A DNA stretch of 64,000 bases. It comes from Gillisia sp. (GTDB lineage Bacteria > Bacteroidota > Bacteroidia > Flavobacteriales > Flavobacteriaceae). The first letter of the stretch is position 1. Each line of letters starts with the position of its first letter. Below are positions 39,975-48,957 of this stretch, piece by piece. Where the stretch lies: NCBI GenBank assembly GCA_041743165.1, contig JBGTNH010000020.1:5157-69156 (forward strand), given 5' to 3'. The notes beneath the pieces are model-generated. The model was not told the origin of the DNA, made no database searches, and was given only the letters and a program-made list of their open reading frames with translations. Position numbers and translations under genes: made by a program.

Positions 39975-40835
39975 ATGATATTAATTGCCGATGGCGGTTC
40001 AACCAAATGTGACTGGATTCTACTTAATTATTCCGGTGAACAGATCTTCCAAACAAGGACAAAAGGATTAAATCCTGCAGTTTTTCCGGAATTGATGCTT
40101 GAGCAAAGACTTGAAGAAAATCCTGAACTTCAGGGTGTAAGAGATAAGGTTGAAAGAATTCATTTTTATGGCGCTGGCTGCGGTACAGAGTCTCCCAGAT
40201 TGTTGCTGCAGGGTATTATTGCCAATTTTTTCACCAATGCTTCTGAAGTTTTAGTGAAAGAAGATATGGTGGCTGCAGCCCTGGCTGCAACGACCGAGCC
40301 GGGGATAGTTTGCATCCTGGGAACAGGGTCCAATAGTTGCTATTTTGACGGTGAAAACGTAGAAATGGTCGTTGCCTCCCTTGGTTTTATGCTTATGGAT
40401 GAAGCCAGCGGAAACTATTTTGGAAAAAGGCTTCTTAGGGATTATTATTATAAAAGAATGCCCCCTGATCTGGCCTTGAAATTTTCTGCTGCTTACAATC
40501 TGGATTCAGATGAGATAAAAAGGAATCTCTACAAAAAAGAAAATCCAAATACCTATCTCGCATCTTTTGCAGAATTCATCTTTACCAATGAACGTAATGG
40601 GTATTTCTATAAATTGGTTCATGAGGGAGTACATGAATTTATCAATACCAGAGTATTGTGTTTTAAACAATCCCAGAATGTGCCCATACATTTTATTGGG
40701 AGTATAGCGTATTTTAGTGAAGATATAATACGGGCGGTGGCACAGCCTTATAATCTCGAAATTGGACAGATCATAAGAAGACCCATTGATGCCCTTATAA
40801 AGCATTATCGTAAAAATGTACTGGTAACTTATTAA
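39975..40835 (+). CDS. BadF/BadG-type N-acetylglucosamine kinase-like protein
   Basis: IADGGSTK, FYGAGC, ILGTGSNS, DEASG. Confidence 0.8.
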   Translation: MILIADGGSTKCDWILLNYSGEQIFQTRTKGLNPAVFPELMLEQRLEENPELQGVRDKVERIHFYGAGCGTESPRLLLQGIIANFFTNASEVLVKEDMVAAALAATTEPGIVCILGTGSNSCYFDGENVEMVVASLGFMLMDEASGNYFGKRLLRDYYYKRMPPDLALKFSAAYNLDSDEIKRNLYKKENPNTYLASFAEFIFTNERNGYFYKLVHEGVHEFINTRVLCFKQSQNVPIHFIGSIAYFSEDIIRAVAQPYNLEIGQIIRRPIDALIKHYRKNVLVTY

Positions 40836-40881
40836 ATCTCTTAAATAAAATTTTACTAACTTTAAGTAAATCGAGATTTAC

Positions 40882-42420
40882 ATGTTGGTAAAAGTTTATG
40901 GAAGCGCCGTATTTGGGGTAGAAGCTACCACGATAACGGTAGAGGTCAATATGGCCAAAGGTATAGGTTATAATCTGGTTGGACTACCTGATAATGCTAT
41001 TAAAGAAAGCAGTTTCAGGATAGCGGCCGCTCTTCAGAATAATTCATATAAATTCCCGGGATTTAAGATCACAATCAATATGGCCCCGGCAGATCTTCGG
41101 AAGGAGGGCTCTGCTTATGATCTTACGCTTGCTTTAGGGATCCTGGCCGCTTCACGACAGATCAAAGCACCAAATATTTCAGAATATATTATTATGGGAG
41201 AGCTTTCCCTGGATGGAAGCCTGCAACCCATTAAAGGAGCCCTTCCTATTGCAATCAAAGCCAAGCAGGAAGGCTTTAAGGGTTTTATTCTTCCAAGGCA
41301 GAATGTCAAGGAAGCAGCTATTGTAAGCGATCTGGAAGTATATGGGGTAGATAATATCGGGCAGGTTATAAAGTTCTTCGATAAAGGAGAACCACTTGAA
41401 AGAACGGTCATTAATACAAGAGAAGAGTTTTATAACAATCTCGATCATCTTGAACACGATTTTGCCGATGTAAAAGGGCAGGAATCCATTAAACGCTGTA
41501 TGGAAATAGCCGCAGCTGGTGGCCATAATATTATATTGATAGGTCCTCCCGGAGCCGGGAAAACTATGTTGGCCAAAAGATTGCCCAGCATCCTTCCTCC
41601 AATGACCCTACACGAAGCTTTGGAAACTACCAAGATCCATAGTGTAGTTGGAAAGGTGAAGGAGAATGTGGGGTTGATGTCCCAACGGCCTTTCCGAAGC
41701 CCTCATCATACGATTTCAGATGTGGCTTTAGTCGGCGGCGGAGCATATCCGCAGCCGGGGGAGATCTCCTTATCTCATAACGGGGTGTTATTTCTTGACG
41801 AACTTCCTGAATTCAAGCGGGGAGTCCTGGAGGTGATGAGACAACCCCTGGAAGACAGGGAAGTGACTATTTCCCGTGCAAAATTCACCGTGACCTATCC
41901 TTCCAGCTTTATGCTGGTTGCGAGTATGAATCCCAGTCCCAGCGGATTCTTTAACGATCCAGGAGCCCCCATGACCTCTTCCCCGGCAGAGATGCAGAGA
42001 TATATGGGAAAGATAAGCGGACCATTGCTGGACCGTATTGATATACATATTGAAGTGACCCCCGTTCCATTTGAAAAGCTGAGTGAGGAAAGAAAGGGTG
42101 AAAGCAGTGTTGAAATAAGAAAACGGGTTACTGCTGCAAGACAATTGCAAACCGAGCGGTTCAGGGAATTGGAGAACGTTCATTATAATGCTCAAATGAG
42201 TGTAAAGCACATCAGTAAATTCTGCCAGCTCGACGAAGGATCAAAACAATTATTAAAAACAGCGATGGAAAGACTCAATCTTTCAGCGCGGGCCTATGAC
42301 AGGATCCTGAAAGTCTCCCGCACTATTGCCGACCTGGAAGGGTCTGAAGATATACGTGGAGCCCATATTAGTGAAGCTATTCAGTACAGGAGCCTCGACC
42401 GGGAGGGATGGTTAGGTTAA
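40882..42420 (+). CDS. comM: YifB/ComM Mg-chelatase-like AAA ATPase
   Basis: VGLPD, NMAPADLRKEGS, GPPGAGKT, FRSPHH, LFLDELPEF, SGPLLDRID, SARAYDRILK. Confidence 0.9.
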   Translation: MLVKVYGSAVFGVEATTITVEVNMAKGIGYNLVGLPDNAIKESSFRIAAALQNNSYKFPGFKITINMAPADLRKEGSAYDLTLALGILAASRQIKAPNISEYIIMGELSLDGSLQPIKGALPIAIKAKQEGFKGFILPRQNVKEAAIVSDLEVYGVDNIGQVIKFFDKGEPLERTVINTREEFYNNLDHLEHDFADVKGQESIKRCMEIAAAGGHNIILIGPPGAGKTMLAKRLPSILPPMTLHEALETTKIHSVVGKVKENVGLMSQRPFRSPHHTISDVALVGGGAYPQPGEISLSHNGVLFLDELPEFKRGVLEVMRQPLEDREVTISRAKFTVTYPSSFMLVASMNPSPSGFFNDPGAPMTSSPAEMQRYMGKISGPLLDRIDIHIEVTPVPFEKLSEERKGESSVEIRKRVTAARQLQTERFRELENVHYNAQMSVKHISKFCQLDEGSKQLLKTAMERLNLSARAYDRILKVSRTIADLEGSEDIRGAHISEAIQYRSLDREGWLG

Positions 42421-42493
42421 AAATTCCTTACATTGTAAATCCTTCACATAGATTTTAATACATTTGAAGAAATAACGCCTTCAACCCCTTAGC

Positions 42494-43639
42494 ATGAAAA
42501 ATTTTCTTTCTCTCTTCTTAATAATATTTATCCTGGGTTGTAAGGGTGAAGATCGATTAAAGTCTGAAAATAATACTACAGATACTACAAATGCTGTTTC
42601 CCTGGATGAAGTAATCGCAACAGAAAGAGTGGAAATGAACCTGGAACAGGCCAATAAACTAGCTGAGTTACCTCTGGCGTGTATCAATAAACAATATCCC
42701 AATAAATTGGGCCAGACATTGGGCAGTGAAAAAGATTTGCAATCACCCCAGGCCCTGCACCCCGCATTCTATGGATGTTTTGACTGGCATTCCAGCGTTC
42801 ATGCCCATTGGTCACTGGTACGTCTGCTTAAGAAATTCCCCAAGCTGGAGCGGGCCAATGAGATCAAGGAGGTATTGGAAACCTCTCTATCAAAAGAAAA
42901 TATCAGCAAGGAGATCGAATATTTCAGACAGGAGCATAATAAGGATTATGAGCGTACTTACGGCTGGGCCTGGCTCTTAAAATTATCTCAGGAACTCTAT
43001 ACCTGGGAGACAGATATTGGAGAGGAACTCTCTGCCAACATTCAACCTCTGGCAGATCTGATAGTGGAAAGGTATAGGGATTTTCTTCCAAAACTCAATT
43101 ATCCTATTAGAGTTGGTGAACATACAAATACCGCCTTTGCTTTAAGTTTTGGATATGATTTTGCAGTTGCTACAGAAAATGCTGAATTCCGCTCTCTGAT
43201 AGAAAAACGGGCCCGGGATTTTTATCTCAGTGATAAAAATTGCCCTATTTCATGGGAGCCCAGTGGTTTTGATTTTTTCTCTCCCTGTCTTGAAGAGGTG
43301 GATGTAATGAGAAAAATCATGCCCCGAGCCGCATTTTCTATGTGGATTGATAATTTTATGCCACAGTTAAAAAATAACGACTTCACATTGGAGGTGGGAG
43401 AGGTTTCAGACAGGCAGGATGGTAAACTGGTTCATCTTGACGGATTGAACTTTAGCAGAGCGAGGATACTTTATGGCCTTGCAAATCAATATCCTGAAGA
43501 TTTTGCACATTTGAGATTGGTTGCACACAGACACGTGAATCATTCATTTCCCAATCTTGTAGGTGATAGTTATGAAGGGGGACATTGGCTGGGGAGTTTT
43601 GCTATCTACGCCCTCGAGGAATCCAGAAAAGGACGGTGA
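42494..43639 (+). CDS. DUF2891 lipoprotein
   Basis: Lipobox ILGC; HPAFYGCFDWHSSVH, YERTYGWAW, HLDGLNFSR, YEGGHWLGSFA. Confidence 0.85.
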   Translation: MKNFLSLFLIIFILGCKGEDRLKSENNTTDTTNAVSLDEVIATERVEMNLEQANKLAELPLACINKQYPNKLGQTLGSEKDLQSPQALHPAFYGCFDWHSSVHAHWSLVRLLKKFPKLERANEIKEVLETSLSKENISKEIEYFRQEHNKDYERTYGWAWLLKLSQELYTWETDIGEELSANIQPLADLIVERYRDFLPKLNYPIRVGEHTNTAFALSFGYDFAVATENAEFRSLIEKRARDFYLSDKNCPISWEPSGFDFFSPCLEEVDVMRKIMPRAAFSMWIDNFMPQLKNNDFTLEVGEVSDRQDGKLVHLDGLNFSRARILYGLANQYPEDFAHLRLVAHRHVNHSFPNLVGDSYEGGHWLGSFAIYALEESRKGR

Positions 43640-44859
43640 AAACCTTCTTAAAGAATATTGGCCCGGGAGTTTTAGTATCAGCAGCTTTTATTGGCCCCGG
43701 AACAGTTACGGTCTGTACCCTGGCAGGAGTTAACTTTCAATATTCCTTATTATGGGCTTTACTGCTATCAATAATCGCCTGTATCATTTTACAGGAAATG
43801 GCCGCCCGTCTCGGGATTATCGCTCAAAAGGGATTGAGTGAATGTATAAGGGAAGAAATCAAACATCCCGTTACAAGAACTTTAGCGATCATTCTTATAT
43901 TCTCTGCTATTGTAATTGGAAATGCTGCTTATGAAGCAGGTAATATAACCGGTGCTGTATTAGGTATTACAGCTATAGCTCCTTCTCTTAATATTGAAAT
44001 TCAGGGATTTTCTTTGAATTTATGGAGCATTATAATAGGTGCGTTGGCATTTATGTTACTTGCTATTGGAAATTACATAATTCTTGAAAAGGTCTTCATT
44101 GCCCTGGTTTGCCTAATGGGTATTTCTTTTCTGATCACTGCTTTTCTGGTTAAACCAGACTTTGGTGAAGTTTTAAAAGGGCTTTTTATACCTTCTGCCG
44201 GATCGGCTGGTTTGCTTACGGTAATGGCTCTTATAGGCACCACAGTAGTGCCTTACAATCTCTTTCTCCATGCTTCTCTTGTAGGAGAGAAGTGGAAGGA
44301 CCCGGGAGACCTGAGAATAGCCAGAAAAGAGCTTTTAATTACTATTTTATTGGGAGGTCTTATTTCTATGGCTATAGTTATCTCAGCCGCTGTTCCCAAT
44401 TTGTTGAATGTAACTTCTGCAGCAGATCTTGCAGTAGGCCTGGAACCACTGTTTGGGAAATATGCCACCTGGTTCATTGCCCTGGGATTACTTGCTGCCG
44501 GGATCACATCTTCTATTACCGCTCCACTGGCTGCTGCATATGTGGTCAAAGGCTGTATGGGCTGGAAGGGGAGTATGGAATCTTATAAGTTCAAAAGTGT
44601 ATGGGCGGGAATCATTTTATTGGGGGTATTCTTTTCTTCATTAAAACTAAACCCGATTGAATTAATAAAATTTGCTCAGGTAGCAAATGGAATTTTATTG
44701 CCGGTGATAGCTATATTTCTTCTTTGGATCGTTAATAAAAGTTCGGTTCTTGGAGAATACAAAAATACGGTATTACAGAATTCCCTGGGTTTCATAATTG
44801 TCGCCATAACTATCCTGCTTGGTGCCCGTTCTATTTATACGGTGGTTCAAACATTTTAA
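43636..44859 (+). CDS. Nramp-family transporter (YcsG-like)
   Basis: GPGVLVSAAFIGPGT, GNAAYEAGN, GTTVVPYNLFLH; GTG start overlapping the previous stop. Confidence 0.85.
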   Translation: MKTFLKNIGPGVLVSAAFIGPGTVTVCTLAGVNFQYSLLWALLLSIIACIILQEMAARLGIIAQKGLSECIREEIKHPVTRTLAIILIFSAIVIGNAAYEAGNITGAVLGITAIAPSLNIEIQGFSLNLWSIIIGALAFMLLAIGNYIILEKVFIALVCLMGISFLITAFLVKPDFGEVLKGLFIPSAGSAGLLTVMALIGTTVVPYNLFLHASLVGEKWKDPGDLRIARKELLITILLGGLISMAIVISAAVPNLLNVTSAADLAVGLEPLFGKYATWFIALGLLAAGITSSITAPLAAAYVVKGCMGWKGSMESYKFKSVWAGIILLGVFFSSLKLNPIELIKFAQVANGILLPVIAIFLLWIVNKSSVLGEYKNTVLQNSLGFIIVAITILLGARSIYTVVQTF

Positions 44860-44869
44860 AATTTTCATC

Positions 44870-45607
44870 ATGAAGTATATTCACATCAATTGCGATCTTG
44901 GAGAAGGGGGTAACAATGATGCAGAACTTATGGCTTTGGTTTCTGCATGCAATATTGCATGTGGAGGTCATGCCGGAACTTTAGATACTATGAGAGAAAC
45001 TGTGGCCCTTGCTTTGAAACATCATGTTCAGATTGGTGCTCATCCCTCATATCCCGATAAGGAGAATTTTGGCAGGTCATCATTGAAAATGACTCCTGAA
45101 GATCTTAAGAGATCATTGGTTGCACAAATCCTTAGCCTTAAACAAATAACCGAATCTGAAGGTGGAAAACTAAGTCATATTAAACCACATGGTGCACTTT
45201 ATAATGATGCTGCCGCCGATGAAAAAACTGCAGAAATAGTGATTCAGGCTGTAGAGGAATTTGGGGAAGATCTTCATCTTTATGCCCCTCAAAATTCTGT
45301 GATTTCCCGTCTCGCCCAAGGACGAATTAAGGTAGTTTTTGAGGCCTTTGCAGACCGCAGATATGAGACAAATTACCTACTTGTTTCAAGGCAAAAAAAG
45401 GATGCTTTAATTACTCAAAAAGAGGAGGTTTTTAACCATCTTTCTGAGATGTTTTTTAAGGGCGAAATCACCAGTATTAATGGCGAAAAATTAGCCTGCA
45501 ATGCTGCTACTTTTTGTATCCATAGCGATACTCCAAATGCTGTTGAGATATTGCAATTTTTAGAGGAAAAATTGAAAGGAAATAATATTGAAATTTTAAA
45601 GAATTGA
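44870..45607 (+). CDS. pxpA: 5-oxoprolinase subunit A (LamB/YcsF)
   Basis: INCDLGEG, CGGHAG, GAHPSYPD, HIKPHGALYN, CIHSD. Confidence 0.93.
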   Translation: MKYIHINCDLGEGGNNDAELMALVSACNIACGGHAGTLDTMRETVALALKHHVQIGAHPSYPDKENFGRSSLKMTPEDLKRSLVAQILSLKQITESEGGKLSHIKPHGALYNDAAADEKTAEIVIQAVEEFGEDLHLYAPQNSVISRLAQGRIKVVFEAFADRRYETNYLLVSRQKKDALITQKEEVFNHLSEMFFKGEITSINGEKLACNAATFCIHSDTPNAVEILQFLEEKLKGNNIEILKN

Positions 45608-46338
45608 TGGAGAATTTTCCGCATATAAAAGTGATGGGGGAGAGGGCAATTCTCGTTGAATTTTCTCCGGAAATAAGTGAAACTCTGCTTAAAAAGCTTC
45701 TTTTTTATAAAAATTTACTGCAAAAAAATTTTTTTAAACAAAAGGTTGAGGTTATTAACGCATATTCCTCGTTATTAATATATTATCATTATGATATAGA
45801 TAATATCTATAGTGAGGTTTCAAAGGTAAATCGACTTTTTTACAGGGCTAATGTAGACAAAAAATTTAACTCTCATTTATTTTATATACCAGTGTGCTAT
45901 GATCGGGAATTTGGTCTTGATCTGGATTATATTTCCAAAGAGAAAAAGCTTACGAATGAGGAAATTATCAGGCTGCATTCCAACCCAATTTACACGGTTT
46001 ATTTTATTGGTTTTTTACCCGGATTTTTATACCTGGGAGGTCTCGATAAAAAGCTTCATATCTCGCGGAAAAATACACCCAGATCGAGGGTTGAAAAAGG
46101 GGCAGTGGGGATAGGTGAAAATCAGACCGGAATTTATCCAAAATCCAGCCCGGGAGGATGGCAGATAATCGGGAATTCTCCGGTGGAAATGTTTGATAAA
46201 AACAGTGATCCTCCCTGCCCCATAAATGCCGGGGATAAAATAAAATTTCAACCGGTTTCCCGGGATGAATATGAGGTCATAAAAACCCGGGTTAGTCAGG
46301 GTACATTTCAATTAAGAAGGGAGGAATATGAGGGCTGA
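45607..46338 (+). CDS. pxpB: 5-oxoprolinase subunit B
   Basis: IPVCYD, GFLPGFLY, GIYP..SPGGWQIIG. Confidence 0.93.
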   Translation: MENFPHIKVMGERAILVEFSPEISETLLKKLLFYKNLLQKNFFKQKVEVINAYSSLLIYYHYDIDNIYSEVSKVNRLFYRANVDKKFNSHLFYIPVCYDREFGLDLDYISKEKKLTNEEIIRLHSNPIYTVYFIGFLPGFLYLGGLDKKLHISRKNTPRSRVEKGAVGIGENQTGIYPKSSPGGWQIIGNSPVEMFDKNSDPPCPINAGDKIKFQPVSRDEYEVIKTRVSQGTFQLRREEYEG

Positions 46339-47212
46339 AATCGAAGTGCTGAAACCGGGATTGTTTTCCACCATTCAGGATAAGGGCAGGTTTGGATTTA
46401 TGGATTCTGGAGTTCCAACCAGTGGACCTATGGATATGTATGCTTCCCGACTTGGAAATTTGCTTCTCAATAATTCACCGGATAGACCTGTATTGGAAAT
46501 TACCCAAACAGGTCCAACATTAAAATTCTGGTCCCCGGCAAATATTGTGATCACCGGCGGTAATTTATCGCCAATGATTAATGATTCCGAAATTAAAAAT
46601 GGCAGGATCTCCATCTTAAAAAAAGGGGATGTTTTAAGTTTTGGTAAAAGGATTCTTGGTAGCCGGGCTTATGTTTGTATTCAGGGTGGATTTACGGGCA
46701 ATAAAGTTTTGGGTAGTTACAGTTGGTATGATGGATTGACCGAGCATTTTCGGTTGGAAAAAGGCATGAATCTTTATTTGGATTCTGAATTACAAGGGGA
46801 AATTAATACCACCTCCCTGGTAAAGTATAGTGAAAATTATCTCTCTGAGTGTATAGTTACAGTTTATCCGGGACCGGAGTTTTATTCTCTTCCTGGTGTT
46901 ATGCAACAGGAAATTTTGAAGAGGAATTTTACCGTTGATTCAAAAAGTAATCGTATGGCAATTCTGTTTAAAGAAATATTTAAGAATTATATGGAACCTA
47001 TAATTTCGGGACCTGTGATCCCCGGGACTGTTCAATTGACCCCTTCCGGAAAGATGATTATTCTTATGAGGGACTGTCAGACAACAGGCGGATATCCCCG
47101 GGTCTTACAGATAAGTACCAAGGGTCTTAATGTGCTCGCTCAAAAAATGACAGGAGATAAAATAAAATTTCAGTTGGTTGATCCTATTAAAAAAGAAGTG
47201 TCGCCGATATAA
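46328..47212 (+). CDS. pxpC: 5-oxoprolinase subunit C
   Basis: TIQDKGRFG, GPMD, PGTVQL, DCQTTGGYP. Confidence 0.93.
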   Translation: MRAEIEVLKPGLFSTIQDKGRFGFMDSGVPTSGPMDMYASRLGNLLLNNSPDRPVLEITQTGPTLKFWSPANIVITGGNLSPMINDSEIKNGRISILKKGDVLSFGKRILGSRAYVCIQGGFTGNKVLGSYSWYDGLTEHFRLEKGMNLYLDSELQGEINTTSLVKYSENYLSECIVTVYPGPEFYSLPGVMQQEILKRNFTVDSKSNRMAILFKEIFKNYMEPIISGPVIPGTVQLTPSGKMIILMRDCQTTGGYPRVLQISTKGLNVLAQKMTGDKIKFQLVDPIKKEVSPI

Positions 47213-47288
47213 ACGATAGCAGCCCTACCTACTATGTCAACATCTTTGCGACACTTTTTTACCCCTGAAAGGAGTTTATCCAACTTTA
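47189..47288 (-). ncRNA. Predicted ~100-nt small RNA, copy 1
   Basis: Minus-strand promoter (TTG 47323-47321, TAAATTTG 47300-47293); long hairpin AAGUGUCGC/GCGACACUU with apex UAGGUAGGGCUG, then UUCUUUUUU; ends approximate. Confidence 0.5.
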
Positions 47289-47292
47289 AAAC

Positions 47293-47340
47293 CAAATTTA
47301 AGTCTAAATTCACCTCCGGGCAAGGGGATTTTTCCCCTTT
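47293..47340. promoter_or_regulatory. Palindromic operator copy 1 plus divergent sigma70 promoter
   Basis: CAAGGGGATTTTTCCCCTTT at 47321-47340, identical to 48862-48881. Confidence 0.8.
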
Positions 47341-47416
47341 TATTCTATAAATGAATATTTCATTCTGAATTTGTTTATTTTTATTTTATTTAACAAAAAT
47401 TTTAAAATCATAAAAT

Positions 47417-47806
47417 ATGGCGAAACCAGAAAAGTGTATAACAGTTGAAGAAGCCAGAGACCTTCAGAATAATTGGAAAAGGACCCGCGGTAAGGAAATA
47501 GAGAGAGGACAGGGTTATGTAGATACACCTGAATTTTGGTACAGCATTGCTGAACTGGAAGAGTATATAGAGTATGTAAAACTTAAGTCTGGGGAACAAG
47601 GGGTGAATAATCCCGGGTTGCGCATTTATCTTGGAGCCTACCCTTCCCTGGGACAGAAGAAAAGCTTCACTACAATTTTCATAACTCCTACCATGCCGAT
47701 GGGTGATGAGAAAAGCCTGAATGAAAATGAAGGGGAACAAGTAAATAATTATGAGATCGATCCTATTAACGAGAGCCAACAGGGATATCCTCCAATCGAT
47801 TATTAA
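47417..47806 (+). CDS. Small soluble hypothetical protein (129 aa), first gene of the signalling cassette
   Basis: No signal peptide; FWYSIAELEEYI, GLRIYLGAY, TIFITPT, C-terminal N..QQGYPPIDY. Confidence 0.8.
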   Translation: MAKPEKCITVEEARDLQNNWKRTRGKEIERGQGYVDTPEFWYSIAELEEYIEYVKLKSGEQGVNNPGLRIYLGAYPSLGQKKSFTTIFITPTMPMGDEKSLNENEGEQVNNYEIDPINESQQGYPPIDY

Positions 47807-47812
47807 GAAGTT

Positions 47813-48559
47813 TTGTTGCTGGAATATTTTATAAAGAACTCGCTCCTGATGTATCTTCTGGAGATTGGGGCAGCTGTGGCAGGGACGATTTATCTCAACC
47901 GCGCAAAATATCCTGTGCCCTACTCAAAACTTTTTGTGGGATATCTGTGGTTAGTAGTACTTGTAGAAATAATAGGGTATTACCCCACATTTAATTTTTT
48001 CACCCATTTTTCCTACATGCCTTTTGTCGAAGGAACTGTATTCGAAAGAAACTTCTGGCTATATAATTCCTACAACATTGTCAAATTCGCTATTTATTTC
48101 ATCTTTTTTATAGCACAATTACGTAGTAAGAGCAGCATACAGGTTTTCAAGTTGGTCCTGGCAGGCTTTGTAATTACGGCTATTTTAAATCTTATATTTA
48201 CCGATGTTTTTTATACCCGGAGCTCTACATATACCTATATAACCGGTTCCCTTACACTTATGATTTTAATCTTTGTTTATTATATGGAGTTGCTTAGGAG
48301 TGACAGGATATTATTCTTTTATAAAAGTCTTCCCTTTTACATTTCGGTAGGCCTGCTGCTATGGAACGTGACTATAACGCCGCTTTTTATATATAATAAA
48401 TATTTTACCAGTGCGAGTCCGGAATTTGTTAGTTTGCATTCTACTATCCTTAGAGTTTCCAATTTCTTCCTTTACGGAATCTATATAACGGCTTTCATTA
48501 TATGTTCATCGAAGAGTAAAAGTAATTTACTCCCTAGTAATCCATCCGTAAAGGTTTGA
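47813..48559 (+). CDS. Seven-transmembrane protein of unknown function
   Basis: Seven hydrophobic segments counted by eye; TTG start 6 nt after the previous stop; no soluble enzymatic domain. Confidence 0.75.
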   Translation: MLLEYFIKNSLLMYLLEIGAAVAGTIYLNRAKYPVPYSKLFVGYLWLVVLVEIIGYYPTFNFFTHFSYMPFVEGTVFERNFWLYNSYNIVKFAIYFIFFIAQLRSKSSIQVFKLVLAGFVITAILNLIFTDVFYTRSSTYTYITGSLTLMILIFVYYMELLRSDRILFFYKSLPFYISVGLLLWNVTITPLFIYNKYFTSASPEFVSLHSTILRVSNFFLYGIYITAFIICSSKSKSNLLPSNPSVKV

Positions 48560-48728
48560 ATCTTCTAGTAACAGGTAATCCACATAACAAGTCTATTTTG
48601 CTTGACTGTCTTTTATAAAATGATAAAGGATATTAGATAAAAAATATTGGAATATAGATGAGCCGTGATGAGGGTAAAAAGTAAGGATCCTGGCTATAAA
48701 ATAGGGAGTTAGTAAAAGAGCCTGAAAT

Positions 48729-48829
48729 AAAAAAAAGTGCCATTCAGATGTATCTTGTTAACAGCCCTACCTATTATCAATTACCTAAAATGACACTTTT
48801 ACTATAATACTTTATAAAGAAAAATTGAC
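48729..48829 (-). ncRNA. Predicted ~100-nt small RNA, copy 2
   Basis: Minus-strand TTG 48864-48862 and TACTTTTA 48841-48834; hairpin AAAAGUGUCAUU/AAUGGCACUUUU (U.G only on this strand), same apex UAGGUAGGGCUG, U8 tail; ends approximate. Confidence 0.5.
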
Positions 48830-48833
48830 CTGG

Positions 48834-48881
48834 TAAAAGTAGGTTTGAGGTTAATACCAAACAAGGGGATTTTTCCCCTTT
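48834..48881. promoter_or_regulatory. Palindromic operator copy 2 plus divergent promoter
   Basis: CAAGGGGATTTTTCCCCTTT at 48862-48881. Confidence 0.8.
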
Positions 48882-48957
48882 ATTTTTGGGAAAATTGTTC
48901 TGTTTAAGCAAATGCCCATAAAATTTTATGTATACTTGTTTAAAGAATTGATTTTCT

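Noticed and set aside
47408-47779. 123-aa minus-strand ORF opposite the small cassette protein, and ORF 48777-48968
   Set aside because: The first is antisense to a better-supported gene and the second overlaps the operator region; neither has recognisable protein features.
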